IMG/VR virus record: IMGVR_UViG_3300045988_009087
Location: 1 to 5,121 of that record
Reading direction: 5' to 3' (one strand)
Source of the DNA: a virus
DNA length: 5,121 nucleotides
The notes under the pieces were generated by a model. The model searched no databases. It saw nothing but the letters and a program-made list of their open reading frames with translations, and was not told where the DNA came from. Shown here in pieces: positions 1 through 4,703 of this stretch; the first letter of the stretch is position 1, and each line of letters begins with the position of its first letter. A program made the position numbers and the translations under genes.

Positions 1-55
1 GCAGTTCTTTTCATCGAAATCAGTAGAGATTAATCCAGCCTGTAACTTATCCAGA
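1..55. repeat. Terminal direct repeat, copy 1. It is identical to 5067-5121 and marks a circular genome written out linearly.
   Basis: I compared 1-55 (gcagttcttttcatcgaaatcagtagagattaatccagcctgtaacttatccaga) base by base with 5067-5121 and all 55 positions match. A 55-bp end overlap is the usual result of a k=55 de Bruijn assembly closing a circle. Confidence 0.95.
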
Positions 56-252
56 ATCACAGCCATATCACATCCGGGAGCAAAACTGTTAATATATGCG
101 GATATATCAATATCACGAATCTTAGTAAGACATTTACGACCATCTTTACCTACGGATAACTTATACTCTTCACGGGTGGCTGTTCCGGGGTTACTTTCCA
201 CCGGAACAGGATTTTCATATACATCATACATTGTCAACCACTTTTTCGACAT
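1..252 (-). CDS. Internal scaffolding protein VP3, N-terminal 84 codons. The gene wraps the circular junction as complement(join(4800..5066,1..252)), 172 aa in total.
   Basis: I translated the minus strand by hand. The frame of ORF 4800..5066 stays open through 5067-5121 (=1-55) and on to an in-frame TGA at 265-267. The first ATG is at 252-250, preceded by GAGGTGAAGAGT-ATG (an SD with 6-nt spacing). A second ATG lies at 231-229. The N-terminal sequence is MSKKWLTMYDVYENPVPVESNPGTATREEYKLSVGKDGRKCLTKIRDIDISAYINSFAPGCDMAVILDKLQAGLISTDFDEKNC... The later segment ...FRESFSEFPSEVQELFNYDSNLFIQSF resembles the conserved core of gokushovirus/Chlamydia-phage VP3 scaffold proteins, as I recall it. Confidence 0.75.
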   Translation of the reverse strand, partial: MSKKWLTMYDVYENPVPVESNPGTATREEYKLSVGKDGRKCLTKIRDIDISAYINSFAPGCDMAVILDKLQAGLISTDFDEKNC

Positions 253-520
253 ACTCTTCACCTCTCAGAATTTCTGGTACAGGAATAGCAACTTCATTAG
301 CTTCCATCATAACTTTCTCAGCATCCAAAAACATAAGACCATCAAAACGACCAACCAAACGGAACGAATATTCTTTAGGTTCACCAACAGCGATTTGAGC
401 CACAAGGTTCTTGAATACACGTTCTGCCCATTCAACACCAGGCAGAACATAATACTGCATAGCGTTATTACTTACTTCATCATAGAAACAATACACTACA
501 TCAACAATTCCATTTCTCAT
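224..520 (-). CDS. Conserved microvirus non-structural protein, VP5-like (98 aa)
   Basis: The ATG is at 520-518, preceded by AGAGGAGGTATAAGATT-ATG (a GGAGG SD). Its start overlaps the stop of the upstream small basic ORF as ATGA, and its 3' end overlaps the VP3 start by 29 nt. It sits between rep and VP3, where gokushoviruses carry VP5. The pattern VYCFYDEV...A.RVF...EYSFRLVGRFD resembles VP5-type proteins from memory only. Confidence 0.6.
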   Translation of the reverse strand: MRNGIVDVVYCFYDEVSNNAMQYYVLPGVEWAERVFKNLVAQIAVGEPKEYSFRLVGRFDGLMFLDAEKVMMEANEVAIPVPEILRGEEYVEKVVDNV

Positions 521-636
521 AATCTTATACCTCCTCTGTATAACAACGGGCGCACATTCATTTTTTTTGTGCGATCAGCAGTTTTACGAAAAACCTGCCT
601 ATCTTTAGTTTTTGACTTCATAGGTTTACCAGCCAT
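517..636 (-). CDS. Small, highly basic putative DNA-binding/packaging protein (39 aa), analogous to phiX174 J or gokushovirus ORF8. It is below the size cut-off of the supplied ORF track.
   Basis: Hand translation of the minus strand gives MAGKPMKSKTKDRQVFRKTADRTKKMNVRPLLYRGGIRL*. It has 13 K/R against 2 D/E. The ATG at 636-634 follows GAAAGGATGTGTTTTT-ATG (an AAAGGA SD). Its TGA stop at 519-517 overlaps the next gene's ATG as ATGA, which suggests translational coupling. It lies directly downstream of the predicted promoter. Confidence 0.7.
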   Translation of the reverse strand: MAGKPMKSKTKDRQVFRKTADRTKKMNVRPLLYRGGIRL

Positions 637-672
637 AAAAACACATCCTTTCTTTATATTATTTATAAACAT

Positions 673-700
673 ATTATACCATATTAAATTATATTATCAA
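673..700 (-). promoter_or_regulatory. Sigma70/SigA-type promoter with an extended -10, reading on the minus strand into the J-like, VP5-like, VP3 and VP1 genes
   Basis: The minus strand reads TTGATA (700-695), then a 16-nt spacer ending in TGG, then TATAAT (678-673). This gives a 5/6 match at -35, a perfect -10 and a TGn extended -10. It lies in the non-coding gap 8 nt after the rep stop codon and about 37 nt before the next gene's SD. Confidence 0.55.
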
Positions 701-707
701 TAAAAAT

Positions 708-1730
708 TTAAATTTCTGGACGTAAAAGCATACGACTCTTAAATTGTTTTGATTGCTCATCAATCGCCAATTGTTCGAAATAATCTAATTCAGTACTATA
801 TTCTTTAATTTTCTGTAACATCTTAGCAGTCTCAACACGATTTTCAGACATTTTTTCAAATTCTTTCGGATAATCAAGTTCAAAGAACGGGTCAAAGTAT
901 CTAGGAACAGGAGCAGTCAAACCATCAGGCAATTGCACATAACCTGAATCTAACATATCTTTAGCATGAGTATCATAATACTCTTTGCCGATACCGGGCT
1001 TTCTTGACATGCGAGAGAACTCAGGAATAATCCCTAGATCCTCATACACATTATAATCTGTACCTTTATGCTTTTTTAATATATAACGAGCAACATAAGC
1101 ACATGATTTCCAGCATACATCAGCTACAACATTATAACCGTATTTCCAAATTTTGTTAAGAGTAAGCGAATACCAATATTTATTGCCAGAAAAACTATTT
1201 TTTAAAAAAACCAAATCATTTTCAGGCGGTATCCAATCGAATAAAATCAAATGATAGTGTGGACGATGAGTTTGAGAACCATATTCACCAGCAAGGAAAA
1301 AACGAATTTTAATATCTGTCCTTGTAGACTGTTCTTTCCTCAAGCGTTTCATAAAAAGCTGAACATCATCAGGATCTAAAGTATAAGCAAGTTTAGAACC
1401 TCGCTTAATATGATCATCGTCATAAGTCAATGTAACAAAAAATGCAGATTCATGGCATTGCAACTCAAGCATCAAGCGAGTAGCCCAACGACGAGAATAA
1501 TCTAATCTACAACCAATACACTGACCACAGGGAATAAGAAATGTATCAAGTTTACGCCAAGTACCAATATCAAATAAACGATCTGATGTGGTAAACACAT
1601 CTGGTTTAGCACGATTTTGATACACGAATTTATTATCAGTAGTAGCAGACGGAAAAACTTTAACTTTACGTTTACCAGAATCTGTCAAAACATTAGTATA
1701 AGCACCACGCAAAGGATGATAACAAGCCAT
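708..1730 (-). CDS. Replication initiation protein VP4 (rolling-circle HUH endonuclease, phiX174 gene A-like), 340 aa
   Basis: The ATG at 1730 is preceded by AAAGGAGAAAAAT-ATG (a strong SD). Rolling-circle Rep motifs are visible: FFVTLTYDD (motif 1), HRPHYHLILF (the HUH motif, here HYH) and YVARYILKK (a two-tyrosine catalytic motif, as in phiX174 A YVAKY). The microvirus-typical cysteine cluster PCGQCIGCRLDYSRRWA is also present. Confidence 0.93.
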   Translation of the reverse strand: MACYHPLRGAYTNVLTDSGKRKVKVFPSATTDNKFVYQNRAKPDVFTTSDRLFDIGTWRKLDTFLIPCGQCIGCRLDYSRRWATRLMLELQCHESAFFVTLTYDDDHIKRGSKLAYTLDPDDVQLFMKRLRKEQSTRTDIKIRFFLAGEYGSQTHRPHYHLILFDWIPPENDLVFLKNSFSGNKYWYSLTLNKIWKYGYNVVADVCWKSCAYVARYILKKHKGTDYNVYEDLGIIPEFSRMSRKPGIGKEYYDTHAKDMLDSGYVQLPDGLTAPVPRYFDPFFELDYPKEFEKMSENRVETAKMLQKIKEYSTELDYFEQLAIDEQSKQFKSRMLLRPEI

Positions 1731-1750
1731 ATTTTTCTCCTTTCTGATTA

Positions 1751-1996
1751 CTAATGATCTTCATTTTCATTGAACATAGATTTTAATTCTTCAATTCTAT
1801 TAATATTATCAATATTTTCTACAGGAACATAATCAATAATAATACAGAAAAGTCGAAAAACATAATATGGCATACAATTCTTACTATCCCAGTTACGAAC
1901 AGTACCAATAGGAATACCAAATGCACGAGCAAATTCTGACTGACTCATACCAAGCGCACTTCTAATTCCATGAGAAGATATTTTTATTTTTGACAT
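1751..1996 (-). CDS. XRE/Cro-C1-type helix-turn-helix DNA-binding protein (81 aa). This is an accessory gene outside the canonical gokushovirus core.
   Basis: I prefer the start at ATG 1996-1994, which follows GAAAGGAGTTTTAT-ATG (a strong SD), over the track's upstream ATG at 2023, which has no SD. The sequence is MSKIKISSHGIRSALGMSQSEFARAFGIPIGTVRNWDSKNCMPYYVFRLFCIIIDYVP... It fits the pattern IR..LG(M/L)SQ.EFA..(F/L)G(I/V)...TV..W(E/D).....P......L...I...P, typical of short HTH_3-like regulators of the YiaG / MqsA C-terminal / HigA antitoxin style. The tail is acidic (NENEDH). Confidence 0.8.
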   Translation of the reverse strand: MSKIKISSHGIRSALGMSQSEFARAFGIPIGTVRNWDSKNCMPYYVFRLFCIIIDYVPVENIDNINRIEELKSMFNENEDH

Positions 1997-2020
1997 ATAA
2001 AACTCCTTTCTAAAGCAAAT

Positions 2021-2048
2021 CATCCGACAAGCTAACGCTCATCGGATG
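2021..2048. repeat. Inverted repeat / stem-loop 1 in the VP2-HTH non-coding region
   Basis: catccga (2021-2027) pairs perfectly with tcggatg (2042-2048). The 14-nt loop can form a further 3-bp stem (agc/gct) around a 4-nt loop. On the minus strand it is followed by ATTTGCTTT and then the SD of the HTH gene. Confidence 0.7.
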
Positions 2049-2060
2049 GCTATAGTTTGA

Positions 2061-2079
2061 GTTATCCAGAGCGGATAAC
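2061..2079. repeat. Perfect 7-5-7 palindrome / stem-loop 2
   Basis: gttatcc (2061-2067), agagc (2068-2072), ggataac (2073-2079). The arms are exact reverse complements. Confidence 0.75.
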
Positions 2080-2097
2080 TGCTTTTGGTGTCACTCC

Positions 2098-2126
2098 GAC
2101 CAGTTACATCAAGTAAGTAACTGGTC
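2098..2126. repeat. Stem-loop 3, with a perfect 10-bp stem and a 9-nt loop. This is the strongest hairpin in the genome.
   Basis: gaccagttac (2098-2107) pairs perfectly with gtaactggtc (2117-2126). The loop is atcaagtaa on the plus strand and TTACTTGAT on the viral-sense minus strand. It begins 11 nt after the VP2 stop codon. Confidence 0.8.
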
Positions 2127-2136
2127 TGCGTATCGG

Positions 2137-2808
2137 CTACCCGAAAATTTTGCCAAGCAATCCAGCAGCTGAACCAGCAAGACTACCAAGAAGACTCATA
2201 TTCTGACCACGCTTTGTAGTCTTAGAATTGACATTGGTAGCATAACGAGAAGCGCCAGAACTCTTATTACTAGAATACTTAGTACTAGCATAACCCATCT
2301 GAGAAGCATAACGAGATGCGGCAGAACTCATATTAGCCGCATAACGAGAAGCGTTGGCAGAATTAAGACTAGCGAAGCGAGAAGCCTCAGCTTGAATATT
2401 AGCAGCTTGTAAAGCTGTAGCTTGATTAATACGAGCAGCTTCCAAAGTAGCATCACGTTGCATCTGAGCAATAGCTTGTTGATTAGCATTATTCTGCTGA
2501 TTAACAATAATACTTGTCAATGCAGGAACAACGGAATTATCAGTTTCACCTTTGGCACCGGATGCAGTCGCACCGGATCCAGTTTGAGCACCAGAACCGC
2601 CAGCACTAAGAACAGGATTAAGCCCTGCTTTTTGAAGATCGAGAACCTCTCTTTGATGAGCGGTTGCAGACTGTTGAGCTTGCCAGTCTCTGTTTTTTTG
2701 TGCTTCGGAAGCATTGAAACGCATTTCTTCACGAGCAAATTCTTGAGACTTAGCAGTATTTTGCGAAGCAATGTTGGAAAGCTGTGCAGTAAGTTGATCA
2801 GTATTCAT
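2137..2808 (-). CDS. Minor capsid / DNA pilot protein VP2 (223 aa)
   Basis: I prefer ATG 2808-2806, which follows GAAAGGCGATACT-ATG (an SD), over the track's GTG at 2859. The N-terminal region EEMRFNASEAQKNRDWQAQQSATAHQREVLDLQKAGLNPVL matches the hallmark gokushovirus VP2 motif (AHQRE..DL..AGLNP.L). A Gly/Ser/Ala linker follows, then a Q/A-rich helical region, then 11-residue repeats, then a C-terminal glycine-zipper-like hydrophobic tail LLGSLAGSAAGLLGKIFG. Confidence 0.88.
   Translation of the reverse strand: MNTDQLTAQLSNIASQNTAKSQEFAREEMRFNASEAQKNRDWQAQQSATAHQREVLDLQKAGLNPVLSAGGSGAQTGSGATASGAKGETDNSVVPALTSIIVNQQNNANQQAIAQMQRDATLEAARINQATALQAANIQAEASRFASLNSANASRYAANMSSAASRYASQMGYASTKYSSNKSSGASRYATNVNSKTTKRGQNMSLLGSLAGSAAGLLGKIFG
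2218..2382 (-). repeat. Five tandem 11-codon (33-nt) repeats inside VP2
   Basis: The protein register is SRFASLNSANA / SRYAANMSSAA / SRYASQMGYAS / TKYSSNKSSGA / SRYATNVNSKT. At the DNA level the core gcataacgaga(a/t)gcg recurs at about 2239, 2305 and 2339, with spacings of 66 and 33-34 nt. Confidence 0.8.
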
Positions 2809-2858
2809 AGTATCGCCTTTCGTGGGGAAGTAGTACAAGCCATTCAGCCTGTAAACCA

Positions 2859-2880
2859 CCTTTTTTTATACAAAAAAAGG
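2859..2880. repeat. A/T-rich hairpin in the VP1-VP2 intergenic region
   Basis: ccttttttt (2859-2867), atac, aaaaaaagg (2872-2880). This is a perfect 9-bp stem made of 2 GC and 7 AT pairs, about 50 nt upstream of the VP2 start on the minus strand. Confidence 0.6.
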
Positions 2881-2920
2881 AAGTTGACAGACTGCCTGTC
2901 TCGTACTAAATAGTAATCAA

Positions 2921-2942
2921 GGACAGATGTGATCATCTGTCC
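2921..2942 (-). terminator. Candidate intrinsic (probably leaky) terminator downstream of VP1
   Basis: A perfect 9-bp stem, ggacagatg (2921-2929) with catctgtcc (2934-2942), encloses a 4-nt loop. On the minus strand it is followed by TTGATTACTATTT (T-rich but interrupted). It begins 48 nt after the VP1 stop codon. Confidence 0.4.
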
Positions 2943-2990
2943 CTTCGTGACATATAATTAAGCATGAACATTACACAATGTTGTACGATA

Positions 2991-4703
2991 TTACAGAGTG
3001 TGCAAGCCTGGAATAGAATGTACTGGCATAACTCTGGTGGTCAAATTCTTGACATAGAAATCACCAAAAATCTGGTCAGCCAACTTCGAAGTAACAGCCA
3101 GTGTCCTATCCACATTCGTCTTATCTTCCTGAATCCATGCACTACTTAACGTAGGCTTCTTAGCATAATAATCTGCAAAATGCCAAGATTGTAAACTATT
3201 AGTAATACCAGATCGCATCTCACCAGTTACAATAGAAGTCTTATATCTGTAATCAGCCCAGGCTTCCTGATAGCCGAAAACATTATCAAGACTGCCAAAA
3301 CCGTCATTCTCATAATAGATTTCACGAGAATATATCGGCTGTTCACCAATGTTAGCCAAAATCGGAAAATAGTAGTCAAGACGATTCTTACGAGACCACA
3401 TACGCTGTAAGCCTTGCTGATATGTATGATTATATCTTGCACACATCACACCAATCACATAACCGTGTTCCGTAAAAGACTTCGTGAAACTATTATCTGT
3501 ATTAGAAGTCAGAGACATAGCCGCGGTAGTACCAAGCGGAGTCTCACCGGACTCTGACTGCTGAACAATCTGATGAACATTGATTCTTGTACGATTAGCA
3601 GACAATAACTCAGGTCTCTGTAATCTTCCATCGGGAGATATAACACCAAAATGACCTCGAAGCAACTCTACATAACGAGATCCAGAGCGAGCATCCGTTT
3701 CAAGCATCTGCTGAGTAGCGAAAGCTAAGCGAAGACTATTCACCGTCAATGGATCAGAAGCAGACGGATCAGCATAAAGATTATTAAAATAAATTCCAGA
3801 ATCATCTGCAATCTGACTATCAAGCGGAAATTCAGTAGTACCAAAATTAAGAGAAGTATAACTTTCAGGACGAGAAGGCAACCGAGGAACATTAGAAGCA
3901 GCATACATAGAACGATATTTTCCTTCAGTAATAGGATAACCGTTCACATTAACAAGAGACACAGCGGGATGCTTACCAGTCATACTAACTTTATCACGAG
4001 TAACCACAGGAATATCGCCAAAAATACTTGAAATCGTCACATCATCACCCTTTTGAGGTTGAGGAAGCGCGCTGGTAAAATAATCATGCAACTTATTAAC
4101 TTTAAGTAACTTACCACCTTTGGCAGAATTATTCTTATCGAACTCTACATTACCATCATCAATATCAACCAATACCTCATCCTGAAGATTCTCATCACGG
4201 AACCACTCATTCCAGATCAAGTTATATGCATTGATCGGAAGCCTACTTATAGACAAAACACCATCGGGATTAATTGGAACACCGAAATAGTCAAGCAGAG
4301 ATTTCTGCAAAACGGTCTTATCAGACTTAGAGAACGTCAACTGTGGAACCTGATATTCTACATCAGAAGTCCACGCAGAAGTGGATTCTCCCATGAATTC
4401 TTTCCAATGCGTCCAGCAAAGTCTGGACGGAACAAAGAAGTAATACATATCAAGAAAAAGATCATCCATAGGAGGTGTGATAAGCGTTTGTAATCTAGTT
4501 ACGAAAGAAGTCTCTACATCGAACGTATCACCGGGTAGAACCTCATCAAGATAAAACGGCACTAAGTCACCAACATTAAACGAAGTCTTGATCGAAGACG
4601 ATCTATCAAACCGGGAACGAGGTCTTTCCAGATCGCTCTTATACGTTGAAAAATAACTGTTAGCATCAATCAGATTTTTTGAAAATGCCAACTTAATCAC
4701 CAT
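2991..4703 (-). CDS. Major capsid protein VP1 (phiX174 F-like, Microviridae jelly-roll capsid), 570 aa from ATG 4703
   Basis: This is the longest ORF. The N-terminal block RPRSRFDRSSSIKTSFNVGDLVPFYLDEVLPGDTFDVETSFVTRL...YYFFVPSRLCW is the signature opening of gokushovirus VP1 / phage F capsid proteins. The start is uncertain. The track's start at 4724 is a TTG with no SD. ATG 4703 directly abuts the SD-like AGAAAGG (zero spacing). In-frame GTG 4700 and TTG 4691 are alternatives. Confidence 0.93.
   Translation of the reverse strand: MVIKLAFSKNLIDANSYFSTYKSDLERPRSRFDRSSSIKTSFNVGDLVPFYLDEVLPGDTFDVETSFVTRLQTLITPPMDDLFLDMYYFFVPSRLCWTHWKEFMGESTSAWTSDVEYQVPQLTFSKSDKTVLQKSLLDYFGVPINPDGVLSISRLPINAYNLIWNEWFRDENLQDEVLVDIDDGNVEFDKNNSAKGGKLLKVNKLHDYFTSALPQPQKGDDVTISSIFGDIPVVTRDKVSMTGKHPAVSLVNVNGYPITEGKYRSMYAASNVPRLPSRPESYTSLNFGTTEFPLDSQIADDSGIYFNNLYADPSASDPLTVNSLRLAFATQQMLETDARSGSRYVELLRGHFGVISPDGRLQRPELLSANRTRINVHQIVQQSESGETPLGTTAAMSLTSNTDNSFTKSFTEHGYVIGVMCARYNHTYQQGLQRMWSRKNRLDYYFPILANIGEQPIYSREIYYENDGFGSLDNVFGYQEAWADYRYKTSIVTGEMRSGITNSLQSWHFADYYAKKPTLSSAWIQEDKTNVDRTLAVTSKLADQIFGDFYVKNLTTRVMPVHSIPGLHTL

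Noticed and set aside
662-689. Possible dif-like XerC/XerD site (compare E. coli dif GGTGCGCATAATGTATATTATGTTAAAT) that could support XerCD-mediated lysogeny, as described for some gokushoviruses.
   Set aside because: My best hand alignment gives about 15/28 matches: 8/11 in the XerD arm (ccatattaaat) and only 3/11 in the XerC arm. That is not above expectation in this AT-rich spacer, and the segment is better explained as the promoter. A second partial match (TATTATGTT on the minus strand near 443-451) lies inside coding sequence with non-matching flanks. A proper search should use the dif consensus of the actual host once it is known.
176-703. A 175-aa plus-strand ORF, the longest on that strand.
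   Set aside because: It is antisense to three well-supported minus-strand genes (the VP3 N-terminus, the VP5-like gene and the small basic gene). It starts at a GTG with no SD. Its composition is F/I/N/H/Y-rich and looks like the mirror of AT-rich coding DNA. Microviridae transcribe only one strand.
2069-2079. An 11-nt identity (GAGCGGATAAC) to the core of the E. coli lacO1 operator (AATTGTGAGCGGATAACAATT).
   Set aside because: Only one half-site is shared. The local palindrome (GTTATCC-N5-GGATAAC) has a different symmetry from lacO, and no flanking vector or lac sequence is present. I treat it as coincidence, not contamination or a LacI site. The palindrome itself is kept as a candidate operator or hairpin.
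2809-2859. N-terminal extensions in the ORF track: the VP2 GTG at 2859, the HTH ATG at 2023, the VP1 TTG at 4724 and the VP3 GTG at 5066.
   Set aside because: For VP2 and the HTH gene, a downstream ATG with a canonical AAAGG/GGAG SD at proper spacing exists (2808 and 1996). For VP3, the frame simply continues upstream around the circle. The VP1 start remains truly ambiguous, as noted in its feature entry.
2422-2913. A 163-aa plus-strand ORF.
   Set aside because: It is antisense to VP2, has low-complexity S/L/I-rich content, and has no ribosome-binding site. It is best explained by the Ala/Ser/Gln-rich VP2 sequence leaving the opposite strand free of stop codons.
2964-3149. A 61-aa plus-strand ORF starting in the VP1-VP2 spacer.
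   Set aside because: It is mostly antisense to the VP1 3' end, has no SD, shows no recognisable motif, and is on the wrong strand for this virus family.
3227-3442. A 71-aa same-strand alternative-frame ORF inside VP1 with hydrophobic stretches (TVLAVLIMFSAI).
   Set aside because: It has a GTG start with no SD. Its hydrophobic runs are short and interrupted. Its length is within what chance allows inside a 1.7-kb gene. I rank it below the VP2-embedded ORF and see no independent support.
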